A stretch of 64,000 nucleotides of DNA from Nemertoderma westbladi (Eukaryota > Animalia > Xenacoelomorpha). The stretch spans positions 1-64,000 of the forward strand of contig JAUCBJ010004813.1 of the NCBI GenBank assembly GCA_032718475.1, in the 5' to 3' direction. The position numbers and the translations under genes are program-made. How positions within the stretch are numbered: position 1 is the stretch's first letter; each line of letters opens with the position of its first letter. The notes below the pieces were generated by a model that saw only the letters and a program-made list of their open reading frames with translations, was not told where the DNA came from and did no database searches. Below are positions 12,901-26,200 of the stretch, in pieces.

Positions 12901-13710
12901 CTGAGATCGGTGAATGCGGGTTTACAAAGAGCAGAGTTACTAATACTGTTATTGAAATCTTCCATAACTATACACTTTAAATCTCGCCAGTGAATAACTT
13001 TTGGAACGGTCGGTGGTTTGGGTATTGATAAAAAGCATTGTACTGCACAAGTGCACAGTGATCGGATATGTAGTAGGTTGCTGCTGGGGTACTAACGACT
13101 AGGTCGTCACAATTTCTAGTCAATATCAAGTCGAGAGTATGTCCTGTTTCGTGGGTAGGGACTAAAACATGTTGTGTTAAACCCATACTATCGAGAAGGT
13201 CTATTAGCTTTTTTGCATAGTAGTCATCTCTTGCATCGACATGTATGTTGAAGTCACCCACCACTATTAGACGCTGTTCACAACAAAGCCATGGTTCAAT
13301 GAATTTGGGAAATTCTCTCAAAAATCTTTAACAAGTGACGGGGTGGGTAGGACTAAATGGCATACGCTATATTACAATCATACATAGTGTGGTTTTTGAG
13401 CATTTGATGAACCATATTGAGTATTCAAATGACTTGTTCTCGCCATCACTGTCTGACTGTGTAGTGTAACTGGCAGAGAGTTCTTTACTATAACTCCCGT
13501 GCCTCCGCCCAAACGGCCGAGCCTAGGGGAGTCATTGGTTGTGTAACCATCGGGAGTACAAAGGCTTTTAACAGCATCATCTTTGAGATTGAACCATGTT
13601 TCGGTTAACGCGCATATGTCGATGTTGTTTTGCGTGATGAAATCAACTATTTCAGCACTTTTGTTGCGGGCTGATCGAGTATTCATTATGCACAGATGGA
13701 GAGAGATACC
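9967..13710 (-). pseudogene. L2 ORF2 (APE endonuclease + RT), frameshifted and interrupted by a MITE
   Basis: MNTRSARNK..LTETW, GDFNIH, GHTLDLI, SDH (APE); RPVSGLPFVSK, LLDLSAAFDTVDH, YADD, LKINDDKTE, LHWLPV (RT); ends FKRRLKTYLF..* at 9967. Confidence 0.9.
11130..11942. mobile_element. hAT-type MITE inserted in L2 ORF2
   Basis: 16-bp TIR tagggctcgatcggag/ctccgatcgagcccta, perfect 8-bp TSD ctagaaat (11122-11129, 11943-11950), gccgga subterminal repeats. Confidence 0.93.
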
Positions 13711-13723
13711 AGTTGATAATGAT

Positions 13724-14520
13724 GCTGGGGGCCGCGCGGACGCTGGTGACGCAGCCGGGGGCCGCGCGGGCGTTGGCGACGCAGCAGGGGGCCGTGCGGG
13801 CATTGGCGATGCAGCCAGGGGCCGCGCGGGCGCTGGAGACGCAGCCGGGGGCCGCACGGGTGCTGGCGACGCAGCCGGGCTGCCGGGGGCCGCGCGGACG
13901 CTGGCGATGCAGCCGGGGGCCGCGCAGGCATTGGCGACACAGCCGGGGGGCGTGCGGGCGCTGGCGATGCAGCTGGGGGCCACGCGGGCGCTGGCGACGC
14001 AGCCGGGGGCCGCGTGGGCATTGGTGACGCAGCCGGGGGCCGCTCGGACGCTGGCGATACAGCCGGGGGCCGCGCGGGTGCTGGAGACGCAGCTGGGGGC
14101 CGCGTGGGCATTGGCGACGCAGCCGGGGGCTGCTCGGATGCTGGTGACGCAGCCGGGGGCCGCGCGGGCGCTGGAGACGCAGCCGGGGGCTGCGCGGGCG
14201 TTGGCGACGCAGCTGGGGGCCGTGCGGACGCTGACGACACAGCCGGGGGCCGCGTGGGCGCTGGAGATGCAGTCAGGGGCCGCACGGGCGTTGGCGACGC
14301 AGCTGGGGGCTGTGCAGGCGTTGGCGACGCAGCCGGGGGCCGCGTAGGCGCTGGAGACGCAGCCAGGGGCCGCACGGGCGTTAGCGACGCAGCCTGGGGC
14401 CGTGCGAGCGTTGGCGACGCAGCCAGGGGCCGCACGGATGCTGGCGACGCAGCCGGGGGGTGCGTGGATGCTGGCGACGCAGCCGGGGGCCCGCGCGGGC
14501 GTTGGCAACGCAGCCGGGGT
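13724..14520. repeat. GC-rich 30-bp minisatellite (~26 copies) between L2 ORF1 and ORF2
   Basis: Unit ~gggggccgcgcgggcgctggcgacgcagcc; produces the APGCVASARA/AASPAPARPP repeat ORFs. Confidence 0.95.
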
Positions 14521-14565
14521 CTGCTGCTGCGGTCTATTGTGTGGGGCGGTTGAGTAAGAGTATAG

Positions 14566-15519
14566 TCAATCTACCCGTTCCGCATCTGTTTGATTCTTGG
14601 GACCTGATGTGGACTTCTGTTCTTGTACTCCTCGGCCTCGCCTCTTTTGCCGAGCATTGTATTCAGCTTCTCTTTCACTTTTTGACATGTCCCTGTCGAA
14701 GTAGTATTTGGTTCCATCCACTGTGAAGTTGCGACGTGCTAGCATTTTATTTGCTTCAATGGGGGAGTCATATGAGAGCAATATTATTCGAGCAGAATTA
14801 TCATCTCGTGGTTTTCCAAGCCTCTGGATCCCGCGGCATTCTATTTTTTCTCCTAGTGAGTCCTCTAGGAACTTTGCATCCAGAGATCGTTGTTTGGCAG
14901 ACTCGTTAGTTGCGTTATCTCCAGGGATATGTTTAATCACAACGTTGCATTTGCGTTGATCATGTAATCGTATAGCTCTCTCAATAGCGATTTGAGGTTG
15001 CTGTTGGGTTCGAACATCCATTTTTTTATTTAGGTCTTCTAGCTTTTTGGTATTTTGGCGCACCACTTCCACCCAGGTAGACGAACTCTCATCTTGATCT
15101 ACTGCAATGGGAGAAGTATCACTGTTATCAATCTTTGTCTGAAGCCCGGCTTGGGAAGCCTCAACTTCGTTGAAACGTTCTTCGATCTCGCAATGCATAT
15201 CTGATAATTCCTTACTAGCAACTAGCTTATCTTCGCCGTCTAAGTCTACGCTTATCTTTTTTTTCATTGCTTCCAGTTCCTGCTGCAACTGTAGATTTTC
15301 TTCCTCCATCACTGACAAGCGGGATAAGTGCTCAGCAGCGCAGAATCCACAGGCAAATTTCTTAGATACAATGGTTTTTTTACGCGCCATCTCTTCAGGT
15401 AACTGAATATCAGTCCAGGTTGATGTGCAGAATGTACAACATTCTACACTAGTTTGTACAAACTTCTTTTGGCTGGTCTTTGCGTTATTCCCTGTTGATG
15501 ATCTTCTTGGGTTGCTCAT
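14566..15519 (-). CDS. L2 ORF1 (Cys-rich N-terminus, coiled coil, RRM-like C-terminus)
   Basis: CxxC...CGFC, coiled coil, RKCNVVIKHIP...QRLGK...RIILLSY...FDRDMSKSER; intact 317-aa ORF upstream of the APE domain. Confidence 0.8.
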   Translation of the reverse strand: MSNPRRSSTGNNAKTSQKKFVQTSVECCTFCTSTWTDIQLPEEMARKKTIVSKKFACGFCAAEHLSRLSVMEEENLQLQQELEAMKKKISVDLDGEDKLVASKELSDMHCEIEERFNEVEASQAGLQTKIDNSDTSPIAVDQDESSSTWVEVVRQNTKKLEDLNKKMDVRTQQQPQIAIERAIRLHDQRKCNVVIKHIPGDNATNESAKQRSLDAKFLEDSLGEKIECRGIQRLGKPRDDNSARIILLSYDSPIEANKMLARRNFTVDGTKYYFDRDMSKSEREAEYNARQKRRGRGVQEQKSTSGPKNQTDAERVD

Positions 15520-16040
15520 TGTTTTCGTGGTGTATCTTCTTCTTTTATATCATATAGGCCTATATAATATATATATATATCTTGACGGGGATATATATCT
15601 CAACGGATCGGGATCACCGATTTACGAATTAGTTGAAATTCCAGTCCAAGTAATAAAATTATAAAGTAAGCTTTCCTGCTTTCCGAATGATGATACTACA
15701 AATGAATGATGATAGTACAGACATGTCTTCAGGTCTTGGGTCTTTGTTTTGCACTCGTCCCACGTCCCATTACATTACATGTACAAAATATGACAACTAC
15801 ATGAACTATGTAGGCCTATGTATGTATAGGCCCAAGGCCCTATACAAATATACTAGCTTATCAAACTGGAAGGGGGTCCTTCTGTCCTTTAAAGTGAATA
15901 TTTATTAGCCAATTTGATCAATATATTAACCTGTTAACCCCTGACCAGCTGACAGCCTGATTAATTTGTACCCAACGTAACATATTCATATTACAGTATT
16001 AAATCTACTGGTACCCCATCCATAATCTGTCTATCTGTAG

Positions 16041-17258
16041 ACCGATACTGTTGCCATGGTTACTAATGGAGGTGACCTTAGTCCCCGGTCCAGTAGACGC
16101 AACTGGCACCGCCATCAGGAAGCATCATCATCTCGATATCAACAACGTGATTGGGCGGGGCGGGACCGGGATCGTTACCGGCGCCATAGCGGCCGGCATA
16201 CGCCGCCACCACGACACAGACATCGCAGCCCTCACCACCACCACATATCTGACGAGGAGCAGCTGTCAGACGGTGGAGCCCAATCCACTAGAATCAATAA
16301 AAGTACCGGTAAATATTTTGCGCCTGACGGGAGTCACTACAGACATAGTAGTCCAAAGGTTCAATCTTCATATAGCAACTTGGATCCCCCTAAAGTTGAG
16401 TTAAGCCCCTCCTTAGAGGAGGGTGAATGCCCACCACCTGTAAAATCCGTAAAAAAGAAAAAGAAAAAACACAAACATGAGTCTCGGCAGGATTCTATTG
16501 ATTTAGATGAAGTCAGCGACAAGAAGAAAAAGAAAAAAAAGAAGAAAAAACGCGTCGATGAGTTGTATGATCCGATAACTCCGACTCCATCTCGGGAAGA
16601 CGGAGATTTAGCCGATAACGGGTCGCATCACTCGAAGAAAAAGCGGAAGAAAGCTCGCGATGAATCCATTGAGTCGGCGTTACTTCCGGGCGGCGACGAT
16701 CAAACTCCTCGTAAACACAAGAAGAAACGTCGTGGTGAGACCGGGTCCCCAGTGGAAGCGAGAGAGACGGTTAAAGACACATCTAAACGCCGATCGCGAG
16801 TTATCGACGAGAAGACGTGGCCTAAATCCACCAAGAAGATGTCGTTGATCGGGTTGGCTAATGATTATGCCGATGCCGGGGAACAAGAAGAGGTGGAACT
16901 GGAATTAAACGCTTCCGAATCTAAGAATATTTTTGATTCCCCGGAAGCTGACGTACCGGTAGTAATTAATGAGGGTAAGGAAGCAATAACTGAGGATCGA
17001 ACCTCGGCTTCTATCGATATATCTATGATTCCGATGCCGGATGAATCTACCGACGCGTTCCCGGATGATTCAGTCGGGGCGATCCCTTTACCCGTTGTCA
17101 CATCGACCGAAGTTGCTTACAGTCCAACAGCGATGCCGCTTTCGGCTGAGGAAGATCCGGTCGCTTCTTCCTTCCAACCGGATGAAGGATGCGACGGCGG
17201 TGAGGCGTACAGCCCAGGTACACCGAGTTCTGTATCGACTGGACTCGATGAAAGTAAG
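16041..17258 (+). CDS. Internal coding exon of PHRF1/SCAF1/SCAF11-like protein (RS-, His-, Lys-rich low-complexity region)
   Basis: Acceptor tctatctgtag|ACC (phase 0), open frame throughout, donor AAG|GTAAGT at 17258/17259 (phase 0) compatible with the next exon. Confidence 0.8.
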
Positions 17259-20200
17259 GTAAGTTAACCAAACACAATGTCCCAGTCGAGGTAAGTAAAC
17301 CAAACGCAATGTCCCGGTCAAGGTAAGTTAACCAAAAGCAATGTCCCGGTCGATGTAAGTTAATCAAACGCAATGTCCCGGTCGAGGTAAGTTAACCAAA
17401 CGCAATGTCGGGGTCTAAGTAAGTTAACCGAACGCAATGTCCCGGTCGATGTAAGTAAACCAAACACAATGTCCCGGTCGTGGTAAGTTAACCAAACGCA
17501 ATGTCCCAGTCGATGTAAGTTAACCAAACGCAATGTCCCGGTCGTGGTAAGTTAACCAAACGTAATGTCGGGGTCTAGGTAAGTTAACCAAACGCAATGT
17601 CCCGGTCGAGGTAAGTTAACCAAACGCAATGTCGGGGTCAAGGTAAGTTAACCAAACGCAATGTCCCGGTCGAGGTAAGTTAACCAAACGCAATGTCCCG
17701 GTCGATGTAAGTTAACCAAACACAATGTCCCAGTCGAGGTAAGTAAACCAAACGCAATGTCGGGGTCGAGGTAAGTAAACCAAACGCAATGTCCCGTTCG
17801 AGGTAAGTTAACCAAACACAATGTCCCAGTCGAGGTAAGTAAACCAAACGCAATGTCGGGGTCGAGGTAAGTTAACCAAACTCAATGTCCCGGTCGAGGT
17901 AAGTTAACCAAACAAAATGTCCCGGTCGAGGTAAGTTAACCAAACACAATGTCCCAGTCGAGGTAAGTAAACCAAACGCAATGTCGGGGTCGAGGTAAGT
18001 AAACCAAACACAATGTCCCGTTCGAGGTAAGTAAACCAAACGCAATGTCCCGTTCGAGGTAAGTAAACCAAACGCAATGTCCCAGTCGAGGTAAGTAAAC
18101 CAAACGCAATGTCGGGGTCGAGGTAAGTTAACCAAACTCAATGTCCCGGTCTAGGTAAGTTAACCAAACAAAATGTCCCCGTCGAGGTAAGTTAACCAAA
18201 CAAAATGTCCCGGTCGAGTTAAGTTAACCAAACACAATGTCCCAGTCCAGGTAAGTAAACCAAACGCAATGTCGGGGTCGAGGTAAGTTAGCCAAACACA
18301 ATGTCCCAGTCGAGGTAAGTAAACCAAACGCAATGTCCCGGTCGAGGTAAGTTAACCAAACTCAATGTCCCCGTCGAGGTAAGTTAACCAAACAAAATGT
18401 CCCGGTCGAGGTAAGCTAACCAAACACAATGTCCCAGTCGAGGTAAGTAAACCAAACGCGATGTCGGGGTCAAGGTAAGTTAACCAAACGCAATGTCCCG
18501 TTCGAGGTAAGTTAACCAAACAAAATGTCCCCGTGGAGGTAAGTTAACCAAACACAATGTCCCAGTCGAGGTAAGTAAACCAAACGCAATGTCGGGGTCG
18601 AGGTAAGTTAACCAAACAAAATGTCCCGGTCGAGGTAAGTTAACCAAACACAATGTCCCAGTCGAGGTAAATTAACCAAACACAATGTCCCGGTCGAGGT
18701 AAGTTAACCAAACGCAATGTCCCGGTCGCGGTAAGTTAACCAAACAAAATGTCCCGGTCGAGGTAAGTTAACCAAACACAATGTCCCAGTCTAGGTAAGT
18801 AAACCAAACGCAATGTCGGGGTCGAGGTAAGTTAACCAAACAAAATGTCCCGGTCGAGGTAAGTTAACCAAACACAATGTCCCAGTCGAGGTAAATTAAC
18901 CAAACAAAATGTCCCGGTCGAGGTAAGTTAACCAAACACAATGTCCCAGTCGAGGTAAGTAAACCAAACGCAATGTCGGGGTCGAGGTAAGTTAACCAAA
19001 CAAAATGTCCCGGTCGAGGTAAGTTAACCAAACACAATGTCCCAGTCGAGGTAAATTAACCAAACACAATGTCCCGGTCGAGGTAAGTTAACCAAACGCA
19101 ATGTCCCGGTCGCGGTAAGTTAACCAAACAAAATGTCCCGGTCGAGGTAAGTTAACCAAACACAATGTCCCAGTCGAGGTAAGTAAACCAAACGCATGTC
19201 CCGGTCGAGGTAAGTTAACCAAACACAATGACCCAGTCGAGGTAAGTAAACCAAACGCAATGTCGGGGTCGAGGTAAGTTAACCATACGCAATGTCCCGG
19301 TCGAGATAAGTTAACCAAACACAATGTCCCAGTCGAGGTAAGTAAACCAAACGCAATGTCCCGGTCGAGGTAAGTTAGCCAAACGCAATGTCCCAGTCGA
19401 GGTAAATTAACCAAACACAATGTCCCGGTCGAGGTAAGTTAACCAAACGCAATGTCCCGGTCGAGGTAAGTTAACCAAACAAAATGTCCCCGTCGAGGTA
19501 AGTTAACCAAACAAAATGTCCCGGTCGAGGTAAGTTAACCAAACACAATGTCCCAGTCGAGGTAAGTAAACCAAACGCAATGTCGGGGTCGAGGTAAGTT
19601 AACCAAACGCAATGTCGGGGTCGAGGTAAGTTAGCCAAACGCAATGTCCCAGTCGAGGTAAATTAACCAAACACAATGTCCCGGTCGAGGTAAGTTAACC
19701 AAACGCAATGTCCCGGTCGAGGTAAGTTAACCAAACAAAATGTCCCGGTCGAGGTAAGTTAACCAAACACAATGTCCCAGTCGAGGTAAGTAAACCAAAC
19801 GCAATGTCCCGGTCGAGGTAAGTTAACCAAACACAATGTCCCAGTCGAGGTAAGTAAACCAAACGCAATGTCGGGGTCGAGGTAAGTCAACCATACGCAA
19901 TGTCCCGGTCGAGATAAGTTAACCAAACACAATGTCCCAGTCGAGGTAAGTAAACCAAACGCAATGTCCCGGTCGAGGTAAGTTAGCCAAACGCAATGTC
20001 CCAGTCGAGGTAAATAAACCAAACACAATGTCCCGGTCGAGGTAAGTTAACCAAACGCAATGTCCCGGTCGAGGTAAGTTAACCAAACAAAATGTCCCGG
20101 TCGAGGTAAGTTAACCAAACACAATGTCCCAGTCGAGGTAAGTAAACCAAACGCAATGTCCCGGTCGAGGTAAGTTAACCAAACACAATGTCCCAGTCGA

Positions 20201-23200
20201 GGTAAGAAAACCAAACGCAATGTCGGGGTCGAGGTAAGTTAACCAAACGCAATGTCCCGGTCTAGGAAAGTTAACCAAACGCAATGTCCCGGTGGAGATA
20301 AGTTAAACAAACACAATGTCCCCGTCGAGGTAAGTTAACCAAACACAATGTCCCAGTCGAGGTAAGTAAACCAAACGCAATGTCGGGGTCGAGGTAAGTT
20401 AACCAAACGCAATGTCCCGGTCGAGATAAGTTAACCAAACACAATGTCAGGGTCGAGGTAAGTTAACCAAACGCAATGTCAGGGTCGAGGTAAGTTAACC
20501 AAACACAATGTCGGGGTCGAGGTATATAAGTTAACCAAACACAATATCCCAGTCGAGGTAAGTAAACCAAACGCAATGTCGGGGTCGAGGTAAGTTAACC
20601 AAACGCAATGTCGGGGTCGAGGTAAGTTAACCAAACGCAATGTCAGGGTCGAGGTAAGTTAACCAAACGCAATGTCAGGGTCGAGGTAAGTTAACCAAAC
20701 GCAATGTCGGGGTCGAGGTAAGTTAACCAAACACAATGTCGCGGTCGAGGTATATAAGTTAACCAAACACAATATCCCAGTCGAGGTAAGTAAACCAAAC
20801 GCAATGTCGGGGTCGAGGTAAGTTAACCAAACACAATGTCCTAGTCGAGGTAAGTAAATCAAACCCAATGTCGGGGTCGAGGTATATAAGTTAACCAAAC
20901 ACAATATTCCGCTCGAGGTAAGTTAACCAAACGCAATGCCCCAGTTGAGGTAAGTTAACCAAACACAATGTCCCAGTCGAGGTAAGTAAATCAAACGCAA
21001 TGTCGGGGTCGAGGTATATAAGTTAACCAAACACAATGCCCCAGTCGAGGTAAATTAACCAAACACAATGTCCCACTCGAGGTAAGTAAACCAAACGCAA
21101 TGTCGGGGTCGAGGTAAGTTAACCAAACGCAATGTCCCGGTCGAGATAAGTTAACCAAACACAATATCCCAGTCGAGGTAAGTAAACCAAACGCAATGTC
21201 GGGGTCGAGGTAAGTTAACCAAACGCAATGTCGGGGTCGAGGTAAGTTAACCAAACGCAATGTCAGGGTCGAGGTAAGTTAACCAAACGCAATGTCAGGG
21301 TCGAGGTAAGTTAACCAAACACAATGTCGGGGTCGAGGTATATAAGTTAACCAAACACAATATCCCAGTCGAGGTAAGTAAACCAAACGCAATGTCGGGG
21401 TCGAGGTAAGTTAACCAAACGCAATGTCGGGGTCGAGGTAAGTTAACCAAACGCAATGTCAGGGTCGAGGTAAGTTAACCAAACGCAATGTCAGGGTCGA
21501 GGTAAGTTAACCAAACGCAATGTCGGGGTCGAGGTAAGTTAACCAAACACAATGTCGCGGTCGAGGTATATAAGTTAACCAAACACAATATCCCAGTCGA
21601 GGTAAGTAAACCAAACGCAATGTCGGGGTCGAGGTAAGTTAACCAAACGCAATGTCGGGGTCGAGGTAAGTTAACCAAACGCAATGTCAGGGTCGAGGTA
21701 AGTTAACCAAACGCAATGTCAGGGTCGAGGTAAGTTAACCAAACGCAATGTCGGGGTCGAGGTAAGTTAACCAAACACAATGTCGGGGTCGAGGTATATA
21801 AGTTAACCAAACACAATATCCCAGTCGAGGTAAGTAAACCAAACGCAATGTCGGGGTCGAGGTAAGTTAACCAAACACAATGTCGGGGTCGAGGTATATA
21901 AGTTAACCAAACACAATATCCCAGTCGAGGTAAGTAAACCAAACGCAATGTCGGGGTCGAGGTAAGTTAACCAAACGCAATGTCGGGGTCGAGGTAAGTT
22001 AACCAAACACAATGTCCCAGTCGAGGTAAGTAAATCAAACCCAATGTCGGGGTCGAGGTATATAAGTTAACCAAACACATTATCCCGCTCGAGGTAAGTT
22101 TAAACCAAACGCAATGTCCCGGTCGAGATAAGTTAACCAAACACAATGTCCCAGTCGAGGTAAGTAAACCAAACGCAATGTCGGGGTCGAGGTAAGTTAA
22201 CCAAACGCAATGTCCCGGTCGAGATAAGTTAACCAAACACAATGTCCCAGTCGAGGTAAGTAAATCAAACCCAATGTCGGGGTCGAGGTATATAAGTTAA
22301 CCAAACACATTATCCCGCTCGAGGTAAGTTAACCAAACGCAATGTCCCGGTCGAGATAAGTTAACCAAACACAATTTCCCAGTCGAGGTAAGTAAACCAA
22401 ACGCAATGTCGGGGTCGAGGTAAGTTATCCAAACGCAATGTCCCGGTCGAGATAAGTTAACCAAACACAATGTCGGGGTCGAGGTAAGTTAACCAAACGC
22501 AATGTCCCGGTCGAGATAAGTTAACCAAACACAATGTCCCAGTCGAGGTAAGTAAATCAAACCCAATGTCGGGGTCGAGGTATATAAGTTAACCAAACAT
22601 ATTATCCCGCTCGAGGTAAGTTAACCAAACGCAATGTCCCGGTCGAGATAAGTTAACCAAACACAATTTCCCAGTCGAGGTAAGTAAACCAAACGCAATG
22701 TCGGGGTCGAGGTAAGTTAACCAAACGCAATGTCCCGGTCGAGATAAGTTAACCAAACACAATGTCGGGGTCGAGGTAAGTTAACCAAACGCAATGTCCC
22801 GGTCGAGATAAGTTAACCAAACACAATGTCCCAGTCGAGGTAAGTAAACCAAACGCAATGTCGGGGTCGAGGTAAGTTAACCAAACGCAATGTCCCGGTC
22901 GAGATAAATTAACCAAACACAATGTCCTAGTCGAGGTAAGTAAATCAAACGCAATGTCGGGGTCGAGGTATATAAGTTAACCAAACACAATGCCCCAGTC
23001 GAGGTAAATTAACCAAACACAATGTCCCAGTCGAGGTAAGTAAACCAAACGCAATGTCGGGGTCGAGGTAAGTTAACCAAACGCAATGTCCCGGTCGAGA
23101 TAAGTTAACCAAACACAATGTCCCAGTCGAGGTAAGTAAACCAAACGCAATATCGGGGTCGAGGTAAGTTAACCAAACACAATATCCCAGTCGAGGTAAG

Positions 23201-26200
23201 TAAATCAAACCCAATGTCGGGGTCGAGGTATATAAGTTAACCAAACACATTATCCCGCTCGAGGTAAGTTAACCAAACGCAATGTCCCGGTCGAGATAAG
23301 TTAACCAAACACAATGTCCCAGTCGAGGTAAGTAAACCAAACGCAATGTCGGGGTCGAGGTAAGTTAACCAAACACAATGTCCCAGTCGAGGTAAGTAAA
23401 TCAAACCCAATGTCGGGGTCGAGGTATATAAGTTAACCAAACGCATTATCCCGCTCGAGGTAAGTTAACCAAACGCAATGTCCCGGTCGAGATAAGTTAA
23501 CCAAACACAATGTCCCAGTCGAGGTAAGTAAACCAAACGCAATGTCGGGGTCGAGGTAAGTTAACCAAACACAATGTACCGGTCGAGATAAGTTAACCAA
23601 ACACAATGTCCCAGTCGAGGAAAGTAACTCAAACCCAATGTCGGGGTCGAGGTATATAAGTTAACCAAACACATTATCCCGCTCGAGGTAAGTTAACCAA
23701 ACGCAATGTCCCGGTCGAGATAAGTTAACCAAACACAATGTCCCAGTCGAGGTAAGTAAACCAAACGCAATGTCGGGGTCGAGGTAAGTTAACCAAACGC
23801 AATATCCCGGTCGAGATAAGTTAACCAAACACAATGTCCCAGTCGAGGTAAGTAAATCAAACCCAATGTCGGGGTCGAGGTATATAAGTTATCCAAACAC
23901 ATTATCCCGCTCGAGGTAAGTTAACCAAACGCAATGTCCCGGTCGAGATAAGTTAACCAAACACAATGCCCCAGTCGAGATAAGTAAATCAAACGCAATG
24001 TCGGGGTCGAGGTATATAAGTTAACCAAACACAATGTCCCAGTCGAGGTAAGTAAATCAAACCCAATGTCGGGGTCGAGGTATATAAGTTAACCAAACAC
24101 ATTATCCCGCTCGAGGTAAGTTAACCAAACGCAATGTCCCGGTCGAGATAAGTTAACCAAACACAATGTCCCAGTCGAGGTAAGTAAACCAAACGCAATG
24201 TCGGGGTCGAGGTAAATTAACCAAACGCAATGTCCCGGTCGAGATAAGTTAACCAACACAATGTCCCAGTCGAGGAAAGTAAATCAAACCCAATGTCGGG
24301 GTCGAGGTATATAAGTTAACCAAACACATTATCCCGCTCGAGGTAAGTTAACCAAACGCAATGTCCCGGTCGAGATAAGTTAACCAAACGCAATGTCCCG
24401 GTCGAGATAAGTTAACCAAACGCAATGTCCCAGTCGAGGTAAGTAAACCAAACGCAATGTCGGGGTCGAGGTAAGTTAACCAAACACAATGTCCCAGTCG
24501 AGATAAGTAAATCAAACCCAATGTCGGGGTCGAGGTATATAAGTTAACCAAACACATTATCCCCCTCGAGGTAAGTTAACCAAACGCAATGTCCCGGTCG
24601 AGATAAGTTAACCAAACACAATGTCCCAGTCGAGGTAAGTTAACCAAACGCAATGTCAGGGTCGAGGTAAGTTAACCAAACACAATGTCCCAGTCGAGGT
24701 AAGTAAATCAAACCCAATGTCGGGGTCGAGGTATATAAGTTAACCAAACACATTATCCCGCTCGAGGTAAGTAAACCAAACGCAATGTCGGGGTCGAGGT
24801 AAGTTAACCAAACGCAATGTCCCGGTCGAGATAAGTTAACCAAACACAATGTCCCAGTCGAGGTAAGTAAACCAAACGCAATGTCGGGGTCGGGGTCGAG
24901 GTAAGTTAACCAAACGCAATGTCGGGGTCGAGGTAAGTTTACCAAACGCAATGTCAGGGTCGAGGTAAGTTAACCAAACACAATGTCCCAGTCGAGGTAA
25001 GTAAATCAAACCCAATGTCGGGGTCGAGGTATATAAGTTAACCAAACACAATGTCCCAGTCGAGGTAAGTAAATCAAACACATTATCCCGCTCGAGGTAA
25101 GTTAACCAAACGCAATGTCCCGGTCGAGATAAGTTAACCAAACACAATGTCCCAGTCGAGGTAAGTAAACCAAACGCAATGTCGGGGTCGAGGTAAGTTA
25201 ACCAAACACAATGTCCCAGTCGAGGTAAGTAAATCAAACCCAATGTCGGGGTCGAGGTATATAAGTTAACCAAACACATTATCCCGCTCGAGGTAAGTTA
25301 ACCAAACGCAATGTCCCGGTCGAGATAAGTTAACCAAACACAATGTCCCAGTCGAGGTAAGTTAACCAAACGCAATGTCAGGGTCGAGGTAAGTTAACCA
25401 AACACAATGTCCCAGTCGAGGTAAGTAAACCAAACGCAATGTCGGGGTCGAGGTAAGTTAACCAAACGCAATGTCCCGGTCGAAATAAGTTAACCAAACA
25501 CAATGTCCCAGTCGAGGAAAGTAAATCAAACCCAATGTCGGGGTCGAGGTATATAAGTTAACCAAACACATTATCCCGCTCGAGGTAAGTTAACCAAACG
25601 CAATGTCCCGGTCGAGATAAGTTAACCAAACGCAATGTCCCGGTCGAGATAAGTTAACCAAACGCAATGTCCCAGTCGAGGTAAGTAAACCAAACGCAAT
25701 GTCGGGGTCGAGGTAAGTTAACCAAACACAATGTCCCAGTCGAGATAAGTAAATCAAACCCAATGTCGGGGTCGAGGTATATAAGTTAACCAAACACATT
25801 ATCCCCCTCGAGGTAAGTTAACCAAACGCAATGTCCCGGTCGAGATAAGTTAACCAAACACAATGTCCCAGTCGAGGTAAGTTAACCAAACGCAATGTCA
25901 GGGTCGAGGTAAGTTAACCAAACACAATGTCCCAGTCGAGGTAAGTAAATCAAACCCAATGTCGGGGTCGAGGTATATAAGTTAACCAAACACATTATCC
26001 CGCTCGAGGTAAGTAAACCAAACGCAATGTCGGGGTCGAGGTAAGTTAACCAAACGCAATGTCCCGGTCGAGATAAGTTAACCAAACACAATGTCCCAGT
26101 CGAGGTAAGTAAACCAAACGCAATGTCGGGGTCGGGGTCGAGGTAAGTTAACCAAACGCAATGTCGGGGTCGAGGTAAGTTTACCAAACGCAATGTCAGG

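Larger units (their letters stand above)
9101..15770 (-). mobile_element. L2/CR1-clade LINE, near full length, decayed
   Basis: ORF1, APE and RT fragments, L2-like 3' end (ggcgctatacaagt followed by a (TTA)n tail at 9101-9125); 5' boundary approximate. Confidence 0.88.

Noticed and set aside
13583-14553. Plus-strand Gly/Ala-rich ORFs resembling collagen or antifreeze proteins
   Set aside because: Antisense readings of the GC-rich 30-bp minisatellite inside the L2 element.
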